Origin: Hydrogenophilales bacterium
GTDB taxonomy: Bacteria > Pseudomonadota > Gammaproteobacteria > Burkholderiales > Thiobacillaceae
DNA: 64,000 nucleotides
NCBI GenBank assembly: GCA_016703155.1
Contig: JADJCP010000004.1
Span: forward strand, 36,119 to 100,118
Reading direction: 5' to 3'
The notes under the pieces are model-generated. The model was not told where the DNA came from. It was given only the letters and a program-made list of their open reading frames with translations, and did no database searches. Made by a program: the position numbers and the translations under genes. Positions 11,768 to 20,600 of the stretch are shown one piece after another; position 1 is the stretch's first letter, and each line of letters starts with the position of its first letter.

Positions 11768-12448
11768 TCAGGGGGTAACCGGGTCTTTGACCCAGCGTGG
11801 TTCAAAATCGTTCTCGGACAGCGTATCCAGTGCGCCCAGGCCATCGTCCTCGGTCTTGAACGGGCCGACTCGGACACGGTGCAATGGCGCATCGCCACCC
11901 CCGACTGTTTGCATAACCACCGGCAGGCCGAGCAAGGCGAGTCTGGCCTTGAGCCGCTCGGCGTCCACGGGCGATTTCAGCGCGGCGACCTGTAGCCAGT
12001 GTTGCGGTTTCGCCTTGACGGGCGCGGCGGGTCTGGGCGCGGCCTTGCCGGGCAGGATATCGTAGAAACTGTAGTCCGGCGCGGGCGCCTTTTTCGTGTC
12101 GGGTTTCTTGTCCGCCGAGGCTGGCCTGGTTTTTACAGGCGCTTGGGTGGCTTCGGCAGGTTTCTCCGGGACGGCTTCACGCGCCGGGTCATCGGGTGCT
12201 GGCGCCTCGGCGGTCTCGGGCTCGGGCGGTTTCACCGCCACGGGCGGCGGCACCAGTTCGGGAACCGATTCGACGGTCTTCAGGCCACTGGGCTGGCTGT
12301 TGATATACCAGTAAAGCCCCCCGGCGGTGGCCATGCCGACGACCATGCCGATGAGCAGACCGGCGGCCAGACCGCCGTTCTTGCGCGGTTTGCTGGCAGG
12401 GCTTTCGGCCTGGGGCCGGCGCGCGTTCTTGTAGTCCCGTCGCCCCAT
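11768..12448 (-). CDS. SPOR-domain (FtsN-like) septal peptidoglycan-binding protein
   Basis: 226 aa: an N-terminal TM (GGLAAGLLIGMVVGMATAGGLYWY), a Pro/Ala-rich linker, and a C-terminal SPOR-like region WLQVAALKSPVDAERLKARLALLGLPV...HRVRVGPF. Confidence 0.75.
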   Translation of the reverse strand: MGRRDYKNARRPQAESPASKPRKNGGLAAGLLIGMVVGMATAGGLYWYINSQPSGLKTVESVPELVPPPVAVKPPEPETAEAPAPDDPAREAVPEKPAEATQAPVKTRPASADKKPDTKKAPAPDYSFYDILPGKAAPRPAAPVKAKPQHWLQVAALKSPVDAERLKARLALLGLPVVMQTVGGGDAPLHRVRVGPFKTEDDGLGALDTLSENDFEPRWVKDPVTP

Positions 12449-12463
12449 TTAGTCTTGGCTCAT

Positions 12464-14203
12464 CTACATTTTGTCCGGGGCCGAAACACCGAGCAGCGTC
12501 AGACCGTTGCGCAAGACCTGACGGGTTGCCGCCACCAGGGCCAGGCGGGCCAGCTTGAGCGGCTCGTCGTCGACCAGGAACTGACAGGCGGCATACAGGC
12601 CGTGCAGGTCGGCGGCCAGATCCTTCAGGTAATAGGCGACGCTGTGCGGCGCCATGTCGCGCGCGGCGGCGGCGCAGATTTCCGGGAATTCCGCCAGGCG
12701 GTTGAGCAGGGCCAGTTCCTGGGGATGCTCCAGGCGTGCCAGATCGGCCTCGGTCAGGTCGCGCGCATCGCCGCCCCAGCTGGCCAGGACACTGGCGATG
12801 CGGGCATGGGCATACTGGATGTAATAGACCGGGTTTTCGTTGCTTTGCGACTTGGCCAGGTCGAGGTCGAAATCGAGGTGCTGGTCGGATTTGCGCAGTA
12901 CGTAGAAGAAGCGGCAGGCGTCGTTGCCGACCTCGCGGCGCAGCTCGCGCAGGGTGACGTATTGCCCGGAGCGGGTGGACATCGACTTCTTCTGGCCGCC
13001 CTCCCAGAGCACGGCGAATTGCACCAGGGCGACTTCGAGCCGCTCCGGATCGGCGCCCGCCGCCTTGAGCGCGCCTTTGACGCGCGGGATATAGCCGTGA
13101 TGATCGGCGCCCCAGACATCGATGACCTTGGTGAAGCCGCGCTCGAACTTGTTCAGGTGATAGGCGATGTCGGCGGCAAAGTAGGTGTAGATACCGTTCT
13201 CGCGCTTGACGACGCGGTCTTTCTCGTCGCCGAAGGCTGTGGAGCGGAACCACAGGGCGCCGTCCTGTTCGTAGATATGGCCGTGTTTTTGCAGGGCGGC
13301 GACGGCATGGTCGATCAGGCCGGCATCATGCAGGGTACGCTCGGAAAACCATTGGTCGAAGACGACGCCGAATTCGGTCAGGTCGTTGCGGCCATCACCC
13401 AGCTGTTCCTCCAGGGCGTAGCCATGGACATAGGTGTAATCCGGGCCAAGCAGCGCCCTGGCGTTGGCGATCAGGGCATCGAGATGGCCTTCCGGGTCGC
13501 CGGCGGCGTCGGGCGCCCCGGCCATCACCTCGGCGGCGGCGCGTTTGTAGCGGTCGGCGTGCAGGGCGAAGATACCCTCGGCCATCAGCTTCACATAGTC
13601 GCCCTGATAGGCGTTGCCGGGGAAGGCGACGAACTCGTTGTTCAGTTCCAGATAACGCAGCCAGGTCGACAGGGCGAGGATATCCATCTGCCGACCGGCA
13701 TCATTGACGTAGTACTCGCGGTGTACCTCGAAGCCGGAGAAGGCCAGGCAGTTCGCCAGACTGGCGCCGAAGGCCGCGCCGCGACCGTGGCCGACGTGCA
13801 GGGGGCCGGTCGGGTTGGCGGAAACGAATTCAAGTTGCAGTTTCTCGCCCCGCCCCCAGGTGCCGCGCCCGTAGTCGGCACCCCGGCTGAGGATGTCCAG
13901 AACCAGTCCCTGCTTCGCCGCCGGGGTCAGGAAGATGTTGATGAAGCCCGGCCCGGCGATTTCGGTCTTGGCGACCAGACTGGATGTTGGCAGCGCCGCC
14001 AGGATAGCCGTGGCGACTTCGCGCGGATTGCGTTTCAGGGAGCGCGCCAGCTGCATGGCGATATTGCAGGCGTAATCGCCATGGCTCGCCTGTTTCGGCC
14101 GCTCCAGTTCGATGCTCGCCGCGGCCTCGGGTGCGACCTGGGCCACGGCCTGGCGGAACAGCGATTCAAGATGGGATTTGGGCTCTAGGTAGGGTGCGGT
14201 CAT
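12464..14203 (-). CDS. argS: Arginine-tRNA ligase
   Basis: Start taken at MTAPYLEPKSHLESLF (14203). It has the HIGH-type motif PTGPLHVGHGRG and the KMSK-type motif KKSMSTRSG. C-terminal end ...LGVSAPDKM. Confidence 0.9.
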   Translation of the reverse strand: MTAPYLEPKSHLESLFRQAVAQVAPEAAASIELERPKQASHGDYACNIAMQLARSLKRNPREVATAILAALPTSSLVAKTEIAGPGFINIFLTPAAKQGLVLDILSRGADYGRGTWGRGEKLQLEFVSANPTGPLHVGHGRGAAFGASLANCLAFSGFEVHREYYVNDAGRQMDILALSTWLRYLELNNEFVAFPGNAYQGDYVKLMAEGIFALHADRYKRAAAEVMAGAPDAAGDPEGHLDALIANARALLGPDYTYVHGYALEEQLGDGRNDLTEFGVVFDQWFSERTLHDAGLIDHAVAALQKHGHIYEQDGALWFRSTAFGDEKDRVVKRENGIYTYFAADIAYHLNKFERGFTKVIDVWGADHHGYIPRVKGALKAAGADPERLEVALVQFAVLWEGGQKKSMSTRSGQYVTLRELRREVGNDACRFFYVLRKSDQHLDFDLDLAKSQSNENPVYYIQYAHARIASVLASWGGDARDLTEADLARLEHPQELALLNRLAEFPEICAAAARDMAPHSVAYYLKDLAADLHGLYAACQFLVDDEPLKLARLALVAATRQVLRNGLTLLGVSAPDKM

Positions 14204-14253
14204 GGTCAGGCCTTTTGCGAGCCGTGGATTATAGCCGAGGCAGCCCACGCTGC

Positions 14254-14281
14254 TGTAGGAGCGGCTTTGGCCGCTCCTACA
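14254..14281. repeat. REP-like GTAG-headed palindromic hairpin
   Basis: tgtaggagcggc-tttg-gccgctcctaca between the priA stop and the argS start. It shares the tgtaggagc head with the RAYT-flanking REPs. Confidence 0.7.
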
Positions 14282-14289
14282 AAACGAGC

Positions 14290-16473
14290 CTAGAAATCCA
14301 GCGGGTCGACATCCAGATGCCAGCGTATCTGCCGCGCCGGGCGAGCCCGCAAGCCGGTGATCCAGTCGCTCAGGAAGGCCTGCAACGCCTGGCGGCTCCG
14401 GCTTTGCACCAGGAGCTGGGCGCGTTCCCAGTTCGACACCCGGGTCATGATCGCCGGCACCGGGTCGTACAGTACCACCGGGCCGGCGCTCGGCAGGCCA
14501 AGGTTGCGCGCGTCATCGAGAAAGGCCATGGCTTCGGCCATGTTGCGTGCTTCGGCGCGCAGTATGGCCTGGTGTACATAGGGCGGAAATTCGGCCTCGC
14601 GGCGTTCCTTCAGGGTGCGCTTGGCGAAGCCGGGGTAGTCGTGGGCGACCAGCGCGGCATACAGGGGGTGATGCGGATAGTCGGTCTGGATCAGTACCCG
14701 GCCGGGTTGCCCGGCCCGCCCGGCGCGACCGGCCACCTGCATGAGCTGGGCGAACAGGCGCTCGCTGGCGCGAAAGTCCGCCGACATCAGCGCCTGGTCG
14801 GCGCCGACGACGCCGACCAGGGTGAGATGCGGAAAGTCGTGGCCCTTGGCGACGATCTGGGTGCCGACCAGGATATCGATCTCGCGGGCGGCAATCGCTT
14901 CGCGCATCTCGGCGAAGGCGCCCTTGCGCAGCGTCGTATCGCGGTCGATGCGCAGGATGCGCGCTTCGGGAAACGCCTCCGTCAGTGTGTCTTCGAGCTT
15001 TTGCGTGCCCTGGCCGAAGGGCCGCAGGTCCATGCCGCCGCAATCCGGGCAGGTTTCCGGCGGTCGCGACGCCAGGCCGCAGTGATGGCAGCGTAGCTGG
15101 AAACCATGGCGCAACCGGTGCACCACCAGATTCGCCGAACAGCGTGGACAGGTGCTGATGTGGCCGCATTGCTGGCAGTACAGGGTCGGGGCAAAGCCGC
15201 GCCGATTGATGAACACCAGGCTCTGCTCGCCGCGCGCCAGCGTTGCGTGCAGGGCTTCGGTCAGTGCGCTACTGAGGCCCTGGCGTGCCCGGTCGGTACG
15301 CGTATCGACGAGCTGGATTTCAGGCAGGCTGGCCTCGGCGTGCGCTCTTTCCGGCAGACTGAGCAGGTGATAGCGGTCGGTCTGGGCATTACGCCAGGTC
15401 TCCAGTGCCGGCGTCGCCGAGCCGAGGATGATGGGTACGCCGCGCTGCCGGGCGCGCCAGACGGCGACGTCGCGGGCGTGGTAGCGCAGGCCGTCCATCT
15501 GCTTGTAGGACGTGTCGTGTTCCTCGTCGACCAGGATCAGGCCCAGACGCGGCAGCGGCGTGAATACCGACAGTCGTGTGCCGAGCACCAGATCGGCGTG
15601 GCCCTCGGCGCAGGCCAGCCAACCGGCGAGACGCTCGCCGTCGGCCAGGCCGCTGTGCAGGCTGACCAGCCGTTTATCGGGAAAGCGTTGCTGGAAACGC
15701 TCGGTGAGTTGCGGTGTGAGATGGATCTCCGGCGCCAGGACGAGTGCCTGCTCGCCTCGTGCCAGGGTACGCTCGATCAGGCGCAGGTAGACCTCCGTCT
15801 TGCCGCTGCCGGTGACGCCATGCAGCAACCAGGCGGCGAAACCGGGATCGGCCGCGAGTATGGTTTCGGTGGCGTATCGCTGGGCCGGGGTCAATGTCGG
15901 CGGGGCGTCGGTCCGGGAGGGGCCGGCGAGTCTTTCCGCGGGCTCGACGTAGCCGCGCCGCAGCCAGTCGCGCAGGGGCGCGCGCAGGTCGGCCAGGTCG
16001 GCGGGCGTCGCCGGCCCCTGCCGCAACAGCGCGGCCAGCCTTTGCTGTGCCGTGGCGCGCGCCGGCAGCGTTTGGCAGTGGGCGTCGCCCGCCTCGGTCA
16101 AGCGGTAGGCCCCGGGCGCGGCTGGACGAAAGCGCTGCCGCTTCAAGGCCGGGGGCAAGAGGGACAGTAGTGTCGCGCCCAGCGGCTGCTGGTAGTAGGT
16201 CGCCGCGAAGCGCGCTAGTTGCAGGATGTCGTCGGGCAGGGGAGGTAGGCCTCGGTCGATCTCGGTCGCCGGTTTCATCTGCCCTTCGGGCACCGCGCTG
16301 TGCTCGACCAGGCCTATGATGACGCCGGCCTGGCTGCGGTGGCCGAACGGTACCCAGACGCGCCGCCCGATATCCGCCTCGGTTGCCCCTGGCGCCAGGT
16401 AATCGAACAAACGATCGAGGGGCGTGTTCAGGGCGACCTGAATGATGGCGGCCAGTGGCTCGGGAGAGGTCAA
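14290..16473 (-). CDS. priA: Primosomal replication-restart helicase PriA
   Basis: 727 aa: Walker A GVTGSGKTEVY, DEEHD box, and Cys-rich zinc region CQQCGHISTCPRCSANLVVH...CHHCG...CPDCG. Confidence 0.92.
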   Translation of the reverse strand: MTSPEPLAAIIQVALNTPLDRLFDYLAPGATEADIGRRVWVPFGHRSQAGVIIGLVEHSAVPEGQMKPATEIDRGLPPLPDDILQLARFAATYYQQPLGATLLSLLPPALKRQRFRPAAPGAYRLTEAGDAHCQTLPARATAQQRLAALLRQGPATPADLADLRAPLRDWLRRGYVEPAERLAGPSRTDAPPTLTPAQRYATETILAADPGFAAWLLHGVTGSGKTEVYLRLIERTLARGEQALVLAPEIHLTPQLTERFQQRFPDKRLVSLHSGLADGERLAGWLACAEGHADLVLGTRLSVFTPLPRLGLILVDEEHDTSYKQMDGLRYHARDVAVWRARQRGVPIILGSATPALETWRNAQTDRYHLLSLPERAHAEASLPEIQLVDTRTDRARQGLSSALTEALHATLARGEQSLVFINRRGFAPTLYCQQCGHISTCPRCSANLVVHRLRHGFQLRCHHCGLASRPPETCPDCGGMDLRPFGQGTQKLEDTLTEAFPEARILRIDRDTTLRKGAFAEMREAIAAREIDILVGTQIVAKGHDFPHLTLVGVVGADQALMSADFRASERLFAQLMQVAGRAGRAGQPGRVLIQTDYPHHPLYAALVAHDYPGFAKRTLKERREAEFPPYVHQAILRAEARNMAEAMAFLDDARNLGLPSAGPVVLYDPVPAIMTRVSNWERAQLLVQSRSRQALQAFLSDWITGLRARPARQIRWHLDVDPLDF

Positions 16474-16546
16474 GTTAAGGGCCAGAGTTAAAGTAAATTC
16501 TGCATAGTGCTAACGAACTAGCTTAGCCTGCATGGGCATTTTCGGT

Positions 16547-16581
16547 TTGTCCACGAAACCTGTGGATAACTATGTGGACAA
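16547..16581. promoter_or_regulatory. Cluster of three DnaA boxes
   Basis: ttgtccacg (16547-16555, 8/9 to TTATCCACA/TTGTCCACA). Then on the other strand tgtggataa (16561-16569, perfect TTATCCACA) and tgtggacaa (16573-16581, TTGTCCACA). Spacers are 5 and 3 bp. Confidence 0.6.
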
Positions 16582-16760
16582 CCCGTCATGGAAGGGTAAC
16601 AAAGGCCGCTGCCGTGTGGCTTTCTGTGGTCTAGCTTAAAAAACGCGCAACAATTATATGTTTAAAAAACAATAAGTTACAAAATAATGTATGAAAACAG
16701 CCGTCTTTGGTGAATGTTGCAGTGCAAGCAGTGCGCATGTGTGTATAAGTATGTACTAAA

Positions 16761-18188
16761 TTACCGCGCGACTAGGCCGGGTTTTGGCGTTTCTTCAAGG
16801 TTTGAGCTTGACAAAGCCCACGCCAGGATGGCCCGTTGCGCCTGAGTGACTTGCGCGGTGTTGGCGTGATTGATGAAGAGAACAAGCAATTTTCGCCGGC
16901 CAGCGGCATCGACCAGGTAACCGGCCTGGTTGCGTATGCCGTTGAGTGATCCGGTTTTCAACCAGGCACGCCCGGCGAGTGGCGTGCCGTTGAGTCGGCG
17001 CTTCTGGGTACCGTCCTGCCCCAGCGTCGGTAGCGAGGCGGCGAAGTCGTAATAAAGTGGCTGCCGGGCGGCCCAGGCCAGCAGGCTGGCCAGCGAGGCC
17101 GGCGCTATCCGCTCCATGCGCGACAGTCCGGAACCATTTTCAACCACCAGTTCCGGGAAGTGCATGCCCTTGTCGGCCAGCCAGGCGATCACCGCCGCCT
17201 GCCCCTTTTCCCACGTGGCCGGGGCGCCATATCGGGCGGCCCCCAGGTTCAGGAACAGCATCTTGGCCATGACATTGTTGCTGAATTTGTTTATGTCCCG
17301 AACGATCAGGCTGAGTGGGATCGATTCGTGCTCGAGCCAGAGGCGCGCCGTGGTTGGGGTAAGGCCCACGCGCATCTGGCCGGTATGGATGCCGCCCAGT
17401 TCCTGCCAGAGGGACTTGAAGGCGCTCGCCGCCGTTGCCGCCGGGCAGGTCAGGTTGAGCCAAAGACTGCGCTCGCCGCAAGCCACGGGATAGCGTCCGG
17501 ATACCCGCAACACGTCGCCCTCGCGCTTGACCTCCAGGCTATCCTGCCAGTCGTCGCAACTGGCTTGTCGATCCAGCTCGGCGCTTGCTTCCAGCGGCAG
17601 GCCAGGTGGGTCCAGACGCGCGGTCAAGCCCGTCGCTTGAGGTGCCAGGCGCAGGGCGACGGCGTTGTAATTCACCAGAAAAGCGGCGGGGTTGGCATTG
17701 TAGGTTTTCAGGGGCGCCTGATCGAAATCGGCTGGATCAGGCATATCTATGGCATAGAGGCTGTTGTCCAGGATGACGTCGCCATGAATCTCGCGGATGC
17801 CGCGTGCCTGGACCTCGCGCAGCAACGACCAGAAACGTTCCTGGGTCAGAGAAGGATCGCCGCCACCCTGCAGGATCAGGTCGCCATGCAGCACTCCGTC
17901 CGACACTTCGCCCTCGACCAGCACGCGTGTCTTCCAGGCATGCGCCGGCCCAAGGGTGTCCAGGGCGGCAAGCGTGGTCAGCAGCTTCATCACCGAAGCA
18001 GGATTGAGAACCTGCGCTGAAGCATGGGCAACTTCGGCCTCGTTCGTGTCGAGCGGCTGGATCACCAGCGCGACAGACGATTCGGGTATGCGTGATTGCC
18101 GTAGTATCTGGCTGACCGCGCTGGGCAGATCGGCATGGGCCGCCTGAATGAAGAACAGGCTCAGCAGGGGAAAGAGGTATGGCCTCAT
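16761..18188 (-). CDS. dacB: D-alanyl-D-alanine carboxypeptidase/endopeptidase (PBP4)
   Basis: 475 aa with a signal peptide. Motifs are SxxK (PASVMKLLT), SxN-like (NGSGLSR) and KTG (LKTGSL). Confidence 0.88.
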   Translation of the reverse strand: MRPYLFPLLSLFFIQAAHADLPSAVSQILRQSRIPESSVALVIQPLDTNEAEVAHASAQVLNPASVMKLLTTLAALDTLGPAHAWKTRVLVEGEVSDGVLHGDLILQGGGDPSLTQERFWSLLREVQARGIREIHGDVILDNSLYAIDMPDPADFDQAPLKTYNANPAAFLVNYNAVALRLAPQATGLTARLDPPGLPLEASAELDRQASCDDWQDSLEVKREGDVLRVSGRYPVACGERSLWLNLTCPAATAASAFKSLWQELGGIHTGQMRVGLTPTTARLWLEHESIPLSLIVRDINKFSNNVMAKMLFLNLGAARYGAPATWEKGQAAVIAWLADKGMHFPELVVENGSGLSRMERIAPASLASLLAWAARQPLYYDFAASLPTLGQDGTQKRRLNGTPLAGRAWLKTGSLNGIRNQAGYLVDAAGRRKLLVLFINHANTAQVTQAQRAILAWALSSSNLEETPKPGLVAR

Positions 18189-18249
18189 GTGCGGTAAGTG
18201 TCGATACAGGTCGATTGCGCGAAGATGGCCGCTAGGTTATATGGCATGC

Positions 18250-18756
18250 ATGAGCGTGTACACCATCCGAACCTCCAGACGGCTGCGTGCCTTCGTCGTC
18301 ATGCTGCATCTTCTGGCCAGCGTCGCGATTGTGCTCGCCGAATTGCCCTGGCTCTGGAAGAGCGGGTTGTTCGGGCTGGTCCTGCTTGGTCTTGTCAGCG
18401 CCTGGCCGCGCCAAACCGAGCAGAGACTGCGCTGCGGAGAAAAAGGGGACCTACAGATCTGGTGGCGGGGGGCCTGGCAGGACACGGAATTGTTTCCGGA
18501 GACCGTGGTCCTGCCGGGCTTGGCGGTAATCAGTCTGAGGAACCCGGGCGCTGCTGGAACCCCGCTGAAAAACCTCGTATCGATATTCTCGCGAAAACGG
18601 CAATGGCTGGGAAACAAGGCACAGGATAGCCACCCGCGCGGGGGTGACGAGGCATTGGCTGTGTCTGGCCGGCGTCATAAGATCGTTGTGCTGAGCGATA
18701 GCCTCTCCAGGGATGATTTCAGGCGCTTGCGGGTGTGGCTGAAATGGAAAGGCTAG
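18250..18756 (+). CDS. YgfX/CptA-like (DUF1434-like) two-TM inner-membrane protein (tentative)
   Basis: From ATG 18250: MSVYTIRTSRRLRAFVVMLHLLASVAIVLAELPWLWKSGLFGLVLLGLVSAW..., then ...IVVLSDSLSRDDFRRLRVWLKW. The architecture and C-terminal xFRRLRxxL motif resemble E. coli YgfX as I recall it. Confidence 0.4.
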   Translation: MSVYTIRTSRRLRAFVVMLHLLASVAIVLAELPWLWKSGLFGLVLLGLVSAWPRQTEQRLRCGEKGDLQIWWRGAWQDTELFPETVVLPGLAVISLRNPGAAGTPLKNLVSIFSRKRQWLGNKAQDSHPRGGDEALAVSGRRHKIVVLSDSLSRDDFRRLRVWLKWKG

Positions 18757-18762
18757 GCAAAC

Positions 18763-18879
18763 GATTTATTCGCTCATTGTCATTGCGAGCGAAGCGCGGC
18801 AATCCAGTGCACTATATATATCAACAGCCTAGGGATCGCCACGTCGCTGCGCTCCTCGCGATAACGAATTCTTCAGCGT
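18763..18879 (+). repeat. Palindromic intergenic repeat, copy A (left edge of the AT-richer island)
   Basis: gatttattcgctcattgtcattgcgagcgaagcgcggcaatccagtgcactatatatatcaacagcctagggatcgccacgtcgctgcgctcctcgcgataacgaattcttcagcgt. Near-identical to 52423-52534 and, inverted, to 27322-27410. Confidence 0.85.
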
Positions 18880-18986
18880 TACGATAGAAGCAGCCGGCAT
18901 GGCCTATGCTTGATGAATGTCATGCTACCCGGATGTGCAAGTGGCTAGCCTTCAGCTTCCTTTACACATGACTATTCGAGAACACC

Positions 18987-19937
18987 ATGATCACCGATCG
19001 TATCGACGCCGTTACCCGCATCACACCTGAATTTCAAAGCGCCAGACTGCGCGCCCCGAAGAGCGTGAAAATAGAAATATCGCCGCGCTGCAATTACAGA
19101 TGCGGCTTCTGCGCGCTGCGTACCCGGGTGTCGCAACCAAAGTGGGACATCGATTTCGAGTTGTTCAAGCGAATGACACGTGAAATGCGCGAGGCCGGTG
19201 TCGAGGAAATCGGCGTGTTCTACCTCGGCGAGTCCTTCATGAATCCCCGCCTGCTGGTCGATTGCATCGCTTACCTCAAGTCGGAGATCGGCATGCCCTA
19301 TGTCTTCCTGACTTCGAATGCCTCCATGGCCTTCCCCGAGGCCGTCGAGGCCTGCATGGCGGCGGGCCTGGATTCGCTCAAGTGGTCGTGCAATGCCGCC
19401 GATGAGGCGCAGTTCGAGAAGATCATGGGTGTCTCCGGCAAACTGTTTTACGAATCGCTGGAAAACATCCGCGAAACCTGGACGATCCGTCAGGCCAAAG
19501 GCTATAAAACCGGCCTGTATGCCTCTTCGATACAGTATGACGGCGAACAGCAGGGAAAAATGGAAGCGCTGCTGGCTGACAAGGTTCGCCCCTACGTCGA
19601 TCAGCATTACTGGCTGCCGCTCTATTCCATGGGCGCCTTCGCCACGCAACGCGAGGAAGAACTCGGCTACCGGCCGACGGCGGGCAATCAAGGCCGCATC
19701 GGTGCCTTGCGCGAGCCCCTGCCGTGCTGGTCGGCGTTTACCGAAGGCCATGTCACGGCGGAAGGCAAACTCTCCGCCTGCTGCTTCGACGCCACGTCGA
19801 AATGGACCATGGGCGACCTCAACACCCAGCACTTCATGGACGCGTGGAACTCCCCCGCGTTTGTCGAACTGCGGGCTGCCCATTTACGTAAGGATGTGAC
19901 GGGAACCGTCTGCGAGTCGTGTATCGCTTACGGCTAG
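18987..19937 (+). CDS. Radical SAM enzyme with a C-terminal SPASM-type Cys cluster
   Basis: 316 aa. The CxxxCxxC motif lies in EISPRCNYRCGFCALR. The C-terminal Cys-rich region is PLPCWSAF...GKLSACCFDA...GTVCESC, consistent with auxiliary Fe-S (SPASM/twitch) sites. Confidence 0.75.
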   Translation: MITDRIDAVTRITPEFQSARLRAPKSVKIEISPRCNYRCGFCALRTRVSQPKWDIDFELFKRMTREMREAGVEEIGVFYLGESFMNPRLLVDCIAYLKSEIGMPYVFLTSNASMAFPEAVEACMAAGLDSLKWSCNAADEAQFEKIMGVSGKLFYESLENIRETWTIRQAKGYKTGLYASSIQYDGEQQGKMEALLADKVRPYVDQHYWLPLYSMGAFATQREEELGYRPTAGNQGRIGALREPLPCWSAFTEGHVTAEGKLSACCFDATSKWTMGDLNTQHFMDAWNSPAFVELRAAHLRKDVTGTVCESCIAYG

Positions 19938-20440
19938 GAGGTCGCGTCGGGCGCTTTGGCTTTGGGAAAATCGGCGAACACGTCGCCGACGATGGCGAAT
20001 CGCCAGAGGTAGTAGATCATCAGCAGATCCAGTCCCAGGTTGACGATCACGAAGCGCTGACTGTCAGTGAAAGAATAGGCTTGATACAAGCCCTGACCTT
20101 GTTGCCAGAGGAGCAAGGCAAACTGTATGAGCAAGGAAATCGTCAACAACAGGCGACCCCGTTTCCAGACGCCGCGCCAGAATACGCCGGATTCCGGCAA
20201 GCGCTTCAGCCAGGCGATCAACACGAGCAGGGCGGGCAAGTCGGAAAATACAAACCAAGGCGACTGGAACGCCTGAAGATAGGTGAAGGATGCCGCCATC
20301 TTCGGACTGGGGTTGTAGGCCAGGAAGACGATGAACAAGTGCCGAACAGAGAAAAGCATGGCAAGCACGAGAAGTAGAGGAACCTTTAAGCATAAATTGT
20401 CAGAATAACAGTGTGCAGGGTAACGCTCTTGGGTGGTCAT
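19934..20440 (-). CDS. Small polytopic membrane protein (possibly DUF2919/YfeZ-like)
   Basis: Start taken at MTTQERYPAHCYSDNLCLKVPLLLVLAMLF... It has 4-5 hydrophobic helices and a LLLWQQGQG motif. It converges on the radical SAM gene, sharing a CTAG stop overlap. The family call is from memory only. Confidence 0.45.
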   Translation of the reverse strand: MTTQERYPAHCYSDNLCLKVPLLLVLAMLFSVRHLFIVFLAYNPSPKMAASFTYLQAFQSPWFVFSDLPALLVLIAWLKRLPESGVFWRGVWKRGRLLLTISLLIQFALLLWQQGQGLYQAYSFTDSQRFVIVNLGLDLLMIYYLWRFAIVGDVFADFPKAKAPDATS

Positions 20441-20482
20441 GTATAATACGTTCAAAAAATATATTAGTATTATAGGCACTAT

Positions 20483-20600
20483 CAGGGTGGTGAGAAACTC
20501 ATTTTCAGAAATTGTAGACGCTAAATATAGCTGATATTATCTCTAATAACGCTATAAGTAGTGCCGCCAAGGTGGGTCAATGGAGTTTCTCACCACCCTG
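20483..20600. mobile_element. 118-bp MITE-like element with perfect 18-bp terminal inverted repeats and a 4-bp direct duplication
   Basis: IR-L is cagggtggtgagaaactc (20483-20500); IR-R is gagtttctcaccaccctg (20583-20600). It is flanked by ctat (20479-20482) and ctat (20601-20604). The AT-rich 82-nt core holds promoter-like hexamers in both directions. Confidence 0.6.

Noticed and set aside
11999-14188. A very long antisense ORF (729 aa). Similar cases are 946..2049, 2286..3113, 15106..16170, 33055..35214, 35459..36790, 50092..51702, 52946..53956, 60132..61133 and 60920..61906.
   Set aside because: These are shadow ORFs typical of GC-rich DNA. They lie antisense to genes with unmistakable conserved motifs (argS, mreB, gatA, priA, groEL, amylase, prfC, rhlE, lpxL) and have biased, motif-free translations.
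16480-16760. Possible chromosomal origin (oriC), because of DnaA boxes plus an AT-rich tract
   Set aside because: Only three boxes are present. There are no dnaA, dnaN, gidA or rpmH neighbours, and I could not identify a repeated 13-mer DUE pattern. I kept it as a DARS/datA-like or promoter-control candidate instead.
19934-19937. Convergent radical SAM and membrane-protein genes share a palindromic CTAG as overlapping stop codons
   Set aside because: This is real in the sequence, but a 4-nt convergent overlap is common and has no evident functional implication on its own.
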